This document shows positions 43,127-58,334 of a stretch of DNA of 64,000 bases, piece after piece. The translations under genes were made by a program, and so were the position numbers. Below the pieces are notes generated by a model. It worked only from the letters and a program-made list of their open reading frames with translations. It had not been told where the DNA came from and did not search any database. The stretch is taken from contig CM097884.1 in the NCBI GenBank assembly GCA_044892505.1, positions 66,154,001-66,218,000 of the forward strand. Direction: 5' to 3'. Each line of letters starts with the position of its first letter. Within the stretch, counting starts at the first letter, position 1. The stretch is from Schmidtea nova. Lineage: Eukaryota.

Positions 43127-46100
43127 CCTCTCTTAGGTGCTTCGGTTTTCTTTACACTTATGTCCTTAATTTGCCTATCTCCATCACCCAAGAGTTAATT
43201 GTCAAAAATTTTAGGTTGCACTCACCGCACAAGCGAAAATTCGAAGAATTCCTAGCAGTGCGGCTATTACCCTCACGGCCATAAACCACAGAGGACTCAC
43301 CTATCTATATTAGGAGCAGATTTTAATCGGGAATATCTTAATTAAAACCAAACTTTACCTCAAAACTTTATTGTAAACATTACATACTGATTATTCCAAA
43401 AAACATTAGCCAAAATAATCATAAAACATACTTCTAAAATTGATCCACGAGACTGACTGGCGAAATCCAAAAACTTGCTCTCGGTAAACTAATGCCAACT
43501 AAGTTTAGATTGTAATTTTTCAGCGTTTATTTATACTAATTCTACTGACTCCTACATATGTTGTTATTTAAATAATGATATTAACGATTTAAACTTACTT
43601 ATTAGTTTTAATAAGTGAGTATTTATTTATTTTTCATAAATTTAACTTTATAATCTTATTTATTTATTTTCTAAAATATTTGTTTTTAATTCTATTAATT
43701 GATGTGTGTATCTATTATTTTTTGTGCGCTAATTGATTGATTTAAACAATCAAATTTAATTCCAAATCTATTTTCATTCCTATCTGATATTTTTAATATA
43801 TTTCAATGGGGATTTTTTTCTATCATTTTTAATAAATTATTTTCTTTATTCTGATACCGATTTTATTCTTTGATAATGCTTTTCCTATTCACTATACAAG
43901 CACTGATCTTCCCCATTCAATTATCGTGCGCTCATTCGTGTGTAAATCCGACTTGCATTGAAATTGTGTGATCTCTTTTGAGAATGCCCCTTTTTTTTAT
44001 CGTTTCAACCTTTTCTCGACCGACTTATGAGATGCGGTTCGTATGACAACTATTTGTGCTTTAGTACTTTTTAATTCTTTTGTGTCGTTTTACTGCCTAA
44101 CACTTTATCGTGCGTTTTGAATTTGTTTCCCTTTGTATATATTTAATTTTTGATGAATATTAACAAAATTTATTTTCGATTCCGCCAGCCCAACACAACC
44201 AGTATTAAAATTTAAGTCTACTTTCTCCTGCTGCTTTCACGGAATCGACATTTAAGATACACATAACTTTATTAAATCATTACAGTTAAACTTTTGTTCG
44301 TCAATTATAATATAAATGCAGAATTTTTCAAAATATTTGTCCAAATTTTACAAATAATTTGTGATTTCCAAATTCTATAAATTTTGCAGCGCTCGGCCCT
44401 GTCTTAATTATTTTAATTTTGACTACTCTATTTATGAAGCTGAGATATTACTCTTTCTCCACTAAGCTAACTTTTATCTTTCCCAATTAACATTTCAAAT
44501 TGTAGACCAGTCGAAAATTCTCTTTAGGATATTTTTAATGATTTCTAATTATTGTCTTTCTTAGGCTAATCCAACCATAATTGTTTCCCTTTCTTTTATC
44601 ACTATTATTTTACTTTCAAATACCTTCGTAAGGGTATTGGTGCATGCAACCTGTTGGGTTGAAAAAACTTTTTTTATTTTGAGTTAGTAATGAAATTTGC
44701 AGTGCCAGTGACTGACCATTTCGGTCGTTAAAGGCCAATGGAAAATCCTTTTCACTAATTTTATTATTTTCTTATTATTTTTTTAAAATAGAATTCATTT
44801 TAATGATGGGATTTAATCGGTTTTTGTTTTTATATTTAAATAATAAGATTACTAATAAAATGATAAAAAAACGGAAGTAATGGAAACTGACGCAAAATGG
44901 GAACAGATTCCTTGAATTGATGTTTCCGCATCAAAAGAATTTTCATTCACAAATATTTTACTACTGGAATTTTATGTTACATTTATTCCCGATTTCCCAT
45001 CATGAAAAGAGAAGTGGAAATTTCAGGAAAAAAATTTTTTATTTGTAACGTTTTAGTAAGTAAATTTCAATAGTTTCTGTTGCACACTATCGAAAGAAAA
45101 CACAAGATTTTCAATTCTATTTGTTGGATAATGTCTAACAAAAATTCAGTGAAATACAAACAAACAGCTCTAACAGATTCCTGGAATTTTTAGAAAATAT
45201 TTATTTGCCATTCCAAATCACTCGAAAAAATGATTACGTATATAATAAATTTATTAGACATGTGTTCTTCCTTTTCAGCTTCTCTTCTTATTTTACGACC
45301 ATCTGCTCCACTTCGCTTTTTTCTTAACATGGATGAAAAATATTTATCCCTTTTACAGACCAGAAGTAAGCAAATTTTTAATTAAAAGAGCATATTAAAA
45401 AATAAGTTTTTAAAATTAAACTTTGAAAATATAAAATGATTTATTAAAATCTTTGACAGATTATTTCAAATTAGAGCAAAAACGTTAAGTGAAAAAAATC
45501 TATAGTTAAAAACTGTTATATGACAAACCCAATAGTCCGTGAAGCGTGAAACACATTTAAATGGAGTGTTGTAAAGTGTGAGTACATGTGTTGATGGCTT
45601 TGGTGTAGCGTCTGTGCGATCGCGATATAAAAAGATTTCAAAAATTTTAGGCGGCCACCCCATGATCCATCGCTTAGGGACATATGCCCTACCATTTTGA
45701 TTCGCCACTACATATATTTGAATAATTATTTTAATGTGAAATTAGATTAACAAGAAATACTAATAAATTAAATTTTGTACACTAATCATTAGTGACTAAT
45801 GGAATTTTAATTTTTAATTTTAAATTAACTCGACTGTGAAACAATTTGAATGAATTTATTTAATTTTTATATTCAGATAAGTATTTTGAAGTTTTGTTTT
45901 AAAAATTAAATAATTATTTATAAAATTAATTAATTAAAATAAATAAAAGTAATTTTCGTATATTTCATATATTTTCATTCTTTCGAACTATAGATCAAAA
46001 TGTTTTGAATTTAACGAATTGTAAATAATAGACCAACGGTGATAATGGTAGCATCAATGAGAGTCAAATGAGCTCGAAATAAATCTGTCATTAGAAATCG

Positions 46101-46440
46101 CATCGAATATAATATTCACAACTATAATTTTATAACTATAGTTCAAAAACCAAAACCAATTTAATTCTATAAATAAAAAAATAAAATTTGTATTTTACAA
46201 CACTAATTTTTAATTATTGTTCCACCAAATTATGGAAAAAATCATGTATAATCAATCTGTATGTCTTAAAAAGTCAGGGTCAATTGTATCTAAAAATTCT
46301 AGATAAAAATATTTTTTTTGGATTTAAAAAAATCCAGCGAAATATTTTATTTCAAATTTTTTGGCATCTTTATGAATTATCTTTTGGTTTCACCTTTGAT
46401 CTTTTTTTAATTCAATAATTTTCTTATTAATATTTTTAAG

Positions 46441-46570
46441 TCTATAGATCAAAATTTTTTCTGGTTGTTAGGTACACAATATTTTGGCACAGTTTTTATC
46501 AGTGTGTATTTGATAAAGACTGTGTCAAAATATCGTGTACCTAACAACCAAAAAAAATTTTGATTTAGTC
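46441..46570. repeat. Foldback MITE-like palindromic repeat
   Basis: ATCAAAATTTTTT.TGGTTGTTAGGTACAC...GTACCTAACAACCAAAAAAAATTTTGAT inverted arms. Confidence 0.75.
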
Positions 46571-47318
46571 TTACAATATTCATATGAAATTTTTTGAATC
46601 TTTATGAATGCTGTTTTAAGTTTATTTGATAATATAATTTGTTTTAATAGTAAGCGATAAAATATCCTTATTTTATAAAAAATATACATAATGAACTAAG
46701 GAACGCAAAAAAATTATTAAGTGGACTGTGACTATAAAAAGGTTAAGAACCACTGTTATACAATAAATATTATATAATGCTATTATTAAAATTATTTAAA
46801 CAGTTTATATTAATTTAATTTTACATAACCTTCAGCGTACTAACCCGGAACTTGCCGAAATTTCTATTTTAAAAATGTACTTTGTGTTATTGTCTAAAAT
46901 AAGAATCCAATGACCACATTTTGAAAATTTATAATACTTTACCCGTTGCAAATGATTGTATGTATATTTAATTTTTCCCATTCAATTTATCTTCATTCTG
47001 ATTGGTTGAGTAAATATCAGTGAAACAACAAATGCAGATTTGTTTCTAAAAACACGTGTTTAAAAATTTAAATACTACTTACAATTTACAACCAGTAATA
47101 TGAAGCTTTTGAATTTTTGATCAATAATTCGTTATATTGAATTAGGAAATGTCTTTTGTCGACGACATTTAATGTGCGGATCTTTCTTGTTTAGATTTCC
47201 TGTTTTTTTCAAAAAAAAGAAAAGATTGTGTGTATTCGTTACATACAACTAGAGGAATTGTGTATTTTTCTATTCGTGTTACCTATATAGTAAGTTGAAT
47301 ATTTTTTACTTCATCTAG

Positions 47319-49696
47319 TTATAACTGCGATTGCTACAACTGTGGTATCTATTAAAAACGGAAATCGAAATCGAGTTATAAATCACAGTTTTACAGTTCA
47401 GTCTCATAATTCAAATGTCTCATGTTGTTTGGCGTCATCGAAATCTATTTGTTTATGTTTAGCAGACTGTGAAAATGATCTGAACCGTTTATTATCAGAA
47501 CAAGTGCAGCCTCTTATTCAGCTGTCAACCAGTTGTCTAATAAAACAAAATAATTGTGGAAAAGAAAATATTATTGTCGAAAATCCATATTCTTTTGTTG
47601 TACCGCAATTAGCTCACATATCCAACAGTTGCACATCATCCTCGCCGACATCATCGTCAGAAGAATCACTTCAAGGAGCATCAAAGGTTTTTATTGCGAC
47701 TCCCATTACAATGTCAACTGCTCTAAGTGAGATCTCAAACAACTCCAATTCTATCAAATATCATAATTCCGATCATGTCAAACACGATGGAATTCCAAAA
47801 GATCTACGACGAGAGCATTTAAAATTGGAAATATCTCCAAGTTTCTCGTCGGATAAGTTTGCTCACCAACACAAAATTTTACAAAATGTCTTTTTTCGCA
47901 CATCTACTCCGCTTTCTGAAGCTCATTGTAAAAAAGAAAAAGAGATTTCTTCATCGTTTCAGACGAACTCGTTGAATAAAGAATTAAAATTCAACTCGTT
48001 TAATAATAATTTGTGCTCTGCTGCTATTGGTCAGAATAAAATTAAAACAATTTCTAATACAAAAAACAATTGCAATAACAAACGAATTTATTTATCCCTC
48101 TACAATTTGACATGCCAAGACCTTTTTGATGTTGATGAAATTCAAACTATGAAAAACCCAACGAACATATTTTTCTCTCATTCCAAATCTTATGGATCTT
48201 TGAAGGAGACCGACATTGATTCAGGATTGGAAATATATCGTGAAAGATATAAGGAAACAGACTTGGATAAATATAGTAAAACGAATAAGAGATTTCAATT
48301 TAAAACATCAAGTCTTAATAATTTGTATCCATCGAAACCCGATCCAAGTCTTGTCATTTGTCCAGATCTCGATGAAAACATCCTAAACAAATGCACAAGC
48401 ACCGGATCTGTGTCCAAAAGCTGTAAGTCTTTATACTCACGGTTATGCGATAAAGCTGAAACACCGATACAAATGCGAGTAGCGAAATCGATTACAAAAT
48501 TAAACATTCCCAGTTGGTTGAGTTCAGTGGAATTCATAGAAAAAGACAGAACTAGTTCCAAAGTGAAAAGAGATTTAAATTTGTCTGATATTAAAATCAA
48601 ATCCAAGCCAAAAGTAAAAGGAATTGCTAAAACATTAAATGCAATTAATTCGTCACATAAATCTCGAGTCAACAATGAAAAAGTGAACGTATCTTTACCA
48701 AGTAAAAAATATTCCCACAGTATTCATAGACTTGAACCAATTGCTTGTTCAAAGGCCAGAAATATTCTGACTAATTGCCAAAGAGAGAAAGTCATTCAGT
48801 CGCGTAGTATTTCGGAAAATAATGTCAAATCGATTCAAACAAAACTAGAGGAATTGTCATTTGAATTTTTATCTCAATTTCCTAACTTGAAAAAGTCATT
48901 TATTAACATCAAAGAAAATTGGAAAAATTCAGAAAGAAAATCGAATAATATTTGTGCGAATATTACATGCTGTAAATTGATTTCTAAAACGAAAGATTCT
49001 GTGATTGGTTGCAGAGAATGCCAAACGGTTTATTGTTCTAACCGATGCCAGTCTGATGATCTTAGCAATCATTCTAAGAGTTGTCATCAAGAAATTCTTC
49101 AATATTGGCTCAGTTTTCTCATTAGTAATTTATCGAAAAATCAGATTTTTCTTTTGTCAGAAATATCGAAAATCGGTTTGGAAAATTTTGGAAAAGGTTT
49201 CGTGCTGTGGACAATCGAAAAAACGAAATCTCAGAATATATTTTCAAAATTTCTCAAATATTCTCTGGCATCAGATTCTAAAAGTTTTGGAATTGAAATA
49301 GATGGAAATAAAGTTATCAAATCGGAATTTTTATTCGTCCTTTCTTTGATAATTGATTCTAATAACAATCGCTTGACAGAGTCGAAGTATTTCTCAATCA
49401 ACGGCAATTTAATTCAATCAAAAACTGTTCGGATAATTGCGGGGGAAAATTTTTCCGTTAATAAACATCGAGAGAAACGACAGAATTTTTTCAATGAAAT
49501 TAACAAATTATTGTGTTATTTTAATGTTAACATTCAAGAAACTTATCCAGCTTTTTATTTTCATTTGATTGAATATGTGACAAACGGAATTTTGTTTTCC
49601 AATCAAAATGTTATTGTCAGTGATCCTGTTACCGGTTCTAAAGTTAAACTTATTATTATGCCTGATCAAGTTCCATTGCAGATTCCAATTGATTGA
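47319..49696 (+). CDS. Large terminal exon of a host apical junction molecule (AJM1/C9orf172/ajm-1)-like gene with a MYND-like zinc finger
   Basis: Acceptor TTTTTTACTTCATCTAG at 47318. C..C...YCS..CQ..D...H...C finger, then LSEISKIG....GKGFV, and C-terminal FF.EI...L....V.I...YP..Y..L.EYV....F......D..TG....IIM resembling the recalled AJM1 C-terminal domain. Confidence 0.7.
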
Positions 49697-50945
49697 TTTA
49701 CATTTATCTATTTTTTTCAATGAAAAATAAAATTGTTTGTTTGATTGAATTTCATTCTTTGACTATTAATGCTGATATCAATCCAAAGTATACGCGTAAT
49801 AATTCCGCTGTCCAAGTGTTAATATTAATTAGTTCTTAGATATCTTCAACTTGCTTATAATTAATTTATAATTTATCTTATAAATTTATCTTATAATTTA
49901 TCTTATAATTAATTTATCCTATAAGTATTTAATTGGTAACTAAAATATTTTACAGAATTAAGAATCTGTTGTTTCTAATGATTTCTTTAAGATTAAAACT
50001 CTAATCTGGATCCGTATGTTCTTTACCGCATTTAATGCTATATGCATCTCAGGTGATTTCCAGTAAAAGTTTACTTATGTGGCATGATGATCATCGATGA
50101 TATAATTTATTTATGTTAATTGTAATGTGAGTAGGGGAAGTAAGTGCTTGGTGCCGCTTTTATCACATAGCAACAGTTGCTAATGTAAAAGTACACATCA
50201 AAATATAATCGCGAGTAAACTAATGCTAACAGAAATACACACATCGATATGCATCCACTTAGTAACTGCTGTTAACGTAAATACAATTTGTGGTGTATTC
50301 TCAACCGAACCTGTTCCTAAGGAAAACACCCACGTCTACATGTAATCCGCGTGGTAGCTGTTGCTAAGTTAAACACTCCACATACACACACCATTGTATA
50401 ACCTCCATGACAACTGTTGGTAACGTCAAAACACACAAAACATTAATTATTAACCGTACCAAGTGACAAACACGATAACATGTTTTTTATTTAATTGAGT
50501 GACATTTTTGTTTTAATTAAGTGACTAACATTTCAAGTAGTTGTTCAACATATTTTTAACCGACAACATTCGATATATTACATAATTTTATAGCAATGAG
50601 CCTTAGAAAAGTGAGTGTGAGAACTATGAAAACGGATGAAATTAATGCGAGAATTGTGAGAGTAATCATAAGATATGAAGATAATTTAACAGATAGGAAC
50701 TGCAAGAGCGGATGAAATTTATTAATATTATAAATATTAATTATTTATTATTATTTCTAAACAGAGAAATAGTTATTTTAAGATTAAATAAAAACGATTG
50801 AAACAAATCATAAAAATATTGCACTAAATCAGGATGAAAAACCCGAACGATTAAACCAAACCGAGTCAAATTTGAACAATACTTCAATTTCAAATAATAT
50901 AATACATAATAAACCAAAGAAATATAAAACTAAATACAATGAAAC

Positions 50946-51772
50946 TGTTGGGTTATTATGGAAAAGTCGGGTACTATCTGACTCCTCGTGTGATTTCTTT
51001 ATAAATCAAATGACAAAACCCCAACACAATAACTTTTAATTAAATATAAATACACAATTACAATGTCGGTAACACTTGTTGCTTATTTACTTTTCTGAGA
51101 ATAAAATAGGCTTTTCAATGGGAGATCCCCCTTTCTGGTACGCAATAATTGATTCAAAGTGAACTTTATCCAGCATTCTGTTTAACTCTAAAAATTTGTC
51201 TTCACAAAACTATTTTCAACTAACTGACAAGAATACTAGATTTGCTTCTCTTTTTATAGTGTTTTGTTAGATGACTTATTGGTCATCGCGTCTCAATCAA
51301 TTAAACAAAAAATCAGCTCGAGCTTTTTCTATTTCTCTCGGTTTCCCGATAATTAATTTTGTTTGAGGTAATTACATAAGGTGCTGCTCACCCGGGCTTT
51401 CTCTATATCATCTAATTTTCCTTGTTAAATAAATAATTTTGTTGACGACTCGGGTTTCCCATACCACTTGGGTTTCATATTTGCTCGGGTTTTCCTTTAG
51501 GTAATTAATCTCTTTAATTAATCTCTTTAATTAATTTGTTTTTTCTTAATATTTCTGTTTGAGACCACTTTCTAATTTTATATTACAATATTTGAATTTG
51601 TCTCATCATTTGACATCCTCCCATACCAGTTTCCTCCGTTAAATCTTTATTTTTTAATTTTTTAAAATTTTAATTAATTTTTGTACTTTAATTATTACTT
51701 TTTCATTTCATGTTTTTATTGATTTTTTGTGCGTTTTATTTTATTTTGTGCCGGTTTAGGCAAACTCCAAAA
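50946..51772 (+). mobile_element. Solo LTR (about 0.8-kb family)
   Basis: TGTTGGG...CTCCAA(A)A termini, TSD AAAC; internal CCTCCCATACCAGTTTCC and CTCGGGTTT motifs shared with other copies. Confidence 0.75.
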
Positions 51773-53448
51773 AAACCAATTATTTTTATCAAAGTTTTAT
51801 TCAATATACATCTGAATCTGAGATATAATCTGAATTGAGTTTTGGATTTGGATTTGGAACACTAACCTGATCTTTTGATAAACGAGTCACATCCCTTGTA
51901 ATGTCCATATACAAAACTCTCATTCTTCCCCACCAAAACCTTTTTATCATTTAAATAAGTCATGGCTATATTTGAATTTTTATGTGTAAATAGTTGGTGG
52001 TTCTTACTAACTATTCTGAATTGTTTAACTGAAATTATCGAATTATTATGATAACAATCTAGGTATGACTGATGTTTGAGGTCAGTATTCTTCCATGTTA
52101 TCCCTTAACTTTTATACTCTCTTTTTCATTTAAAAGACTATAGAACTTAGGTCTAAGAAACACCCACTCTTTGTATTTAAGTTTTTTATTCTCGTCTTTG
52201 AACTTGACAATGACGGAATCTAAATTTTTAGAATACAAGGAATGACTAGGTTTCCAAAAGGCTATTTCTAATCATAGCAGACAAAAGATTTTTAAATTAT
52301 AATATTAATCTCCAACAAAAAAGAGTCTGCATCACTAGCTACTATATTAATCTCACAGTTGAAGTCGTAACGATATTTTTGTAACTCTTCATACTGAAGG
52401 TGATATATCCTAAGTTTAGATAGATCCAGTACGATTTATCCAATGTAGCTGGATCTATCTAAACATACAGAATCCATTTTAAGTAACACATAAATAAGAT
52501 CATCATCAATTTTATGTTTTTCAAAAGTCGATTTAAATGTGTGCGTAATCAGTTTTGACTCTGAATTACAAAGTCGCAAATTAAGTCGTTTTTTAAGATT
52601 TCCACTGTCTTTTCAAAGAGACTATTATGTAAAAGTTTGTAATAGTTTTTATCTGAAGCCATGGAGAAAGCCGCCCTAAGCTGGATATTATTTTGTATGT
52701 ATTTAAAAAAATCGATTTCTGTTTGTTTTGAACCGCTCGATGAATGCGTCTTATTTTAATACTCAAAGAAATAAAGAACTTGAAAAGCCTCCAATGAAGT
52801 ACATAATTCACTTGGGATAATGCGTAAGCATCAGCTTCTCAATTTTTAAACCTGAAGCACACAATTTTTCTAATGCAACGGGTAAATCATTTAATTTGTC
52901 GTGTATTTCTGAAGGAATTTCAAGATCCTATTCAAAAGTTATACCAAGTATAAATATCGAATTGATTAAAATTATTGATTAAATTATTTAATTCTCCCTT
53001 ATCAATAATCCAAGAAAACTCGCCATATGGTAATATTTGACTTAAAGCCCATTCATATAAGTTGTTTTTGTGTGTTTTAAAAAATGCTCAGTCATTTCGG
53101 AAGATACTACGTGATGTTTGTTGACAAATGTCAAACTACTGAAAGAAATCGGTTAGAAGAAAGACATCAAGTTTAAGATATATCATCATATAATCACAAA
53201 GTGTTTGACAATGGGATTCCCTCCAAATCACCAGTGTCTTGTCATATTCAGCTTGACTAACGCCTTCCCTGATTGGTGGTAATTCATATGTTTCATTAAA
53301 GACCTCTAAAGAAGTGGCAAAGTTTTAAGTGAAGATACCCTTACAATCAACAATAGTCCCGGTGAATTATGATCTAGCCAAAGGTGTCTTAACCGCGTCA
53401 TTAAAACTAGAATTAACAAACTGGCAAGAATTGATAAATTTATTGGTT

Positions 53449-54247
53449 TGTTAGAGTTTGCCTGAATAGGCACGAAATAAAATAAAACGCACAAAAGCTG
53501 TGCAAATCAATAAAAATGAAATGAAGGTTTAAAAGTAATAATTAAAGTACAAAAATTAATTAAAAATTTTGAAAATTAAAAGAAAAGATTTAGCTGGGGA
53601 AAATTGGTATGGAAGAATGCCAAATAATGAGACAAATTCAAATATTGTAAAATAAAATCAATAAAGGGGTCTCCAGAAAAAAGTAATTGTAAAATTTAAA
53701 AATTAATTAAAAGTTAATTGACTAAGGGGAAATCCGAGCCAATGGAGAACTCGAGTATTCTTAGAAACCCGGATGATCAACAAAATAATTTGATTATCCT
53801 GGGGAAAAATAAGTACGAAGAAAACCCAAGAACCTAATTGATAGCAAAGTAATTTCAAGTTGAAATTGTGTAAAGAAAATTGTTGTAAGATTTATTTTTA
53901 TAAACTATTTATATTTATATCATTTACATTTTATTATTTGAATGTTGTGGTATGTTGAAATTGAATGTTGAATTTGTTCAAAATATTATTTAGATTTAAA
54001 TTAATTCTCCATATATGAATTAAGAAAATACTTTGTTTAAATAATATATAATTTTTTACGACTTTGAATTTTTAATGTATAAATCTAAAACAAATCCTAA
54101 CAATTGTCATTAAAAATTGTATTGAATAAGTGTTGTTAAGTTGTCATATATTTGAATAAATCTTACTGTGTTGTGTTTCTTGAATCAATCCTATAAGAAC
54201 ACCAGGAAGTTAGACAACAACACTGACTAATTGATATATACCCAAAA
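53449..54247 (-). mobile_element. Solo LTR inserted in the decayed pPolB
   Basis: TGTTAGAG...CCCAAAA termini, TSD GGTT; reverse complement of the 50946 copy. Confidence 0.78.
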
Positions 54248-56079
54248 GGTTAAATCACTGACAATTCCAGAAAAAGTTATGAATTTCTCGCTAGTTGTCT
54301 GAATGCGAGAAATTATCCAAGATTTACATGAACTCAAGCCGTTTTTAATGATATGGTGCATGTCATATCCTTTTAAATTATGAAAAATGACAGTCAATAT
54401 TTTGCGTAACAGTCGGGACTGATTGCATGAATTACATGCAGCCCCGAAAATTCTCCAGTGTAATGGTCATGGTCCCCATCCGCTTTGACTAAAGTTTTCT
54501 TACAGAGATAACAGATAGTAACAAAAGAAAAAGGTTGCGGATGAGCCACAGTCACAAAAAGAGATTTCTTTTAATTATTTTTGAAAAGGGGGTAAACAAT
54601 TAATTCAGAAATATCACTAATTTCTAAGAAAAACTTAGTAACACAATCATCCTAAGAAAATCTTGTAAATTTTTTCTTCAGTAAAATTATTTACAAGTAA
54701 AAGACCTGCAGAGATGAGAATATGCTTTTGAAAATACTTATCATTGGTAGGTAAGGTAGCTTCAAAATCGACGTAAACTACAAAAGTGGAGTTATTTTCT
54801 TAGACCAATTAGGAAATTGTAAATTCCTATTTCTAGGTAAAGTATATAGAGTTGTACCCAATTGATTTTTAGTACATAACTCTTGATGACAATCGAATGC
54901 TTCAAGCATCGATGACACCATATACTTTGTACACGAGCAATAGAAAGCGATTTATTGTCATAATTCAAAGGCCTATCAAGATCGGTGACTGAAATATAAT
55001 GATAAGCGTCACCCTTTCAAAGAAATAGGGTTAATAAGAGTACAAATTTTGTTACGATGAAATGGATTTTATTGGTTTACTGATAACCAAATTACTCCAC
55101 TTATCATTATTTAAGGTCCTTTTTCATAAAAAAGAGCAATACTCTCATCTAAAAAGTAATGGCTCATACGTCAAGCAGAATTTGAAATGATGAATGATTG
55201 AAATTCGCCATCTTTTTCAAACTACACGTCAATACACAAATGTATTTTTACTGAAACCATCTCAGTAATCTCATTATTTAATATATTAATTAAAGTTTCG
55301 GGTAAAATAAAGTTTTAAAGCCATGTTCGAAACAGCCATTTTCACAATGACATGCAATTTTCTCAAATCAAATTTAACATTAGGAAGAAAATAACCATCT
55401 TACTGAACATCGTTTGGGTTATAGTAGGAGGTAGTGTCAGGTCTGGATCCACTACCCCACATGTGTGTATATCATGTATTCTGAGAAATACACAATTGAT
55501 AAAGGCTGTGCCGAAATATTGTGTTATTGTTTATAAAAAAAAATTTTGATCTATAGTCATTATGAGAATTATTGATAATAATAATAAAAAAAGATCAAAG
55601 GTGAAAAAAGATAATTATGATAAATCAATAATTAAAAATATTTTACCAATTGTATTCTCATTTTCATCTATATAATTCAAAGAGATTGAAATATTCTCAC
55701 TCTTATTTACTAAATTAATATAATAATAGAAAATAAAAATATATCATTTTCTTTGTCAATTGGTTCTTCATTCATAAAATTTATTTTCATGGAGCTCATT
55801 TTTAAAGATTGGCATATGTTAAAAGTGAATAATGAACCTTTCTAGCAGAACCTTTATTAGCAGAACCTCTTTTGTGATGGTTTTTATCTGTCAAAGCTTA
55901 TTACTCACACATATAGTTATTATTGTTACAATCAACATTATTTATTAACATAACCCATTATGATCTTTGATCAATTACATTATCACAATGTTTCAGTTTT
56001 ATCCAGTAACAGACACAAAATGTGATAGGTTTGAAAACTTCTTACTTGAACATAAATTTCACAATATTTCCGTACACTT

Positions 56080-57020
56080 TCATAATATTTCAATGATAAT
56101 TTCTGATGTATGTGATGATTTTCTATGTATTTTTGATATTTTATCTGTATTTTATCTGTATTTTTGATGATTTTCTTTGTATTTTTTATATGCTTTCTGT
56201 GTTTTCTATGTGTTCTATGTGTTTTCTATGTCATTTTGTGATGATATTTTGTGTGTGTGATGAATTTCTCTGTATTTTTGATATTTTCTGTGTATCTTTG
56301 TTGATTTGTGATATATTTTCTATGTTATAGAACTATAGTATGATAAAATTTTGTGATGATACTTCATATATGTGATAATATTTGTATGTGTGATGAATTT
56401 CTATGTATATTTTGATAATTTGTGTGTATGTTTGATGATTTTCATGTGTTTTGGATATTTTGTGTATTTTTGATGATTTGTGTGTATGTGATGAATTTCT
56501 ATGTATTCTTGATATTTCGTTTGCAATTCTTGATAAGTTTCTAAATATTTCTGATATTTTGTGTGTACTTTTGATGATTTTTGGTGTATTTTTAATGTTA
56601 GTGCACTAAAGTATTATGACATTTTGTGATGATATTTAATATATGTGATGATATTTTGTGTGTGATGAATTTCTCTGTATTCTTGATATTTTTGTGCATC
56701 TTTGTTGATTTTCTGTGTTTTTGATATTTTGTATATTTTTGATGTATTTTAGATGCTATTACACTATAGTATGATGACATTTTGTGATTCGATTTTGTAT
56801 GTGTGTGTTTATTTTCTATGTATGTGATGATATCCTTTGTGTGTAATTCTTGTATGTAATGATATTTCATGTGTGTTTTGCACTATAATGTGATGATAAT
56901 TTGTCTGTATGTCATAAATTTTTATATCTTTTGTGTGTGTGTTTGTACTATACTGTATAAAATATTGTGTGTGTGTTTGTACTATACTGTATAAAATATT
57001 TTGTATGTAATGATTTCTAT
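56080..57020 (+). repeat. Degenerate TG/T-rich minisatellite
   Basis: Recurrent TGTGATGAATTTCT.TGTATT.TTGATATTT units. Confidence 0.8.
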
Positions 57021-57550
57021 ATTATGATAATTTATCGTGTGTATTTACCCACCCAGTCTCGTATGATGCTTTTCGTCATTTATTTATCATAATGACAGAA
57101 CCTTGGTAGCAAAATCTTTGGAAACATAATCTATTTGTGATGTTTTTTGAGCTTAAAAGCTATTTTCAAACCAATGTATGATCACATGAATTTCACTATA
57201 TTTGATAATGTCCATGATAAAAATGCTACTTTGCTATAAATGTCCATGTTACCCAGTAAACTATCATTTTAACATATATCAAATAATACAATATTTACTG
57301 TAATTTACTTCAACAAATGTAATTCGTTTGTCTGACTAACAAATTTAATGAGTACCAGAACTCTAATAACAGAATCTTGGTGATTAAAAACCCATTTGTA
57401 TTGTTTTGGGCACATTTATTAAATAAAATTATTAAAATTATATCTAGTAATTAAATATTCATAAATAAACATCATTTGTTATTTATTTAATGTCAAATTT
57501 AACATCAAATGATAAATTTTAATTATTTTCATTTTAAATTTGATATTTAG

Positions 57551-57730
57551 AAAAACTGATGAAAATTTTAATATTCAAGAGCTTTATCAATTAAAAGAAT
57601 ATATTGGACTCCAGAGATTATACCATTTCGAATATTGATGTCAACTGGGATTGATCTTATGTACATACCGATGTAAAAGCTGCATTGATCGATGGAAGAT
57701 TTATCATTTTGAGGAAGGAGTTGGGAAAAT
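57551..57730 (+). pseudogene. Third copy of the 24216-family accessory gene
   Basis: TTTAG|AAAAACTGATG acceptor; YWTPEIIPFRILMSTGIDL and YRCKSCIDR align with YTAPEILPYKIQMLTGIDL and YQCDHCVER. Confidence 0.7.
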
Positions 57731-58334
57731 ATCATTTCACATGTAATGTGGATAATTAATAAATCAGTTAATTTGTCTTTTTTTTTAAAGTTTTTATTAA
57801 AAATATTTCACTGGTTAATTTTAAAATTTCGGGATATTAGTAAAACAATTTGCATGCAATACGAGTACAACAAACATAAAGTGACTCACATAGGGATGCA
57901 CCTCAACAAATGCATATCATGAATAATTCACACATGTCTCATACAGGTCACAATCATTTTTCGTATACATCAACCATGCTTCCTTCTTAACTGTAACCTT
58001 GCCTTATTATTATTGGAAATATTTTAGAAAAATCTGAGAAATGTTACAACTTGTGGTCATTATTAAATCAATGCATTTGCAAGTGTGTGCGATTTATTGA
58101 ATAAACCTCATCGATTTACTCCAAAAACCAGTATTTGTTATCAACTGTTGTCAAATACCACTAAAAAATGACAAAATGTTTACTAAAAATAAGCACAAAA
58201 ACCCTAAACAGGTATGTTTTCACTAAGAAATCTCTCTTATTTACACATAAATTACTTAATAAATTACCTGACAGTTACGAATCCATCCATTAAACTTTAT
58301 ACTATAACTGTGATATACCCCATGATTATTCTAT

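Larger units (their letters stand above)
41243..44195 (+). mobile_element. LTR-like element (about 1.48 kb net) interrupted by a pogo-like element
   Basis: TGTTGGG...CCCAACA termini, 4-bp TSD CAAC. Removing the TA-flanked insert restores the family CTAGGG motif. Confidence 0.75.

Noticed and set aside
44380-45712. hAT-like TIR fragments (CAGGGCCG..., TAGTGGCG...)
   Set aside because: No paired ends or TSD could be established.
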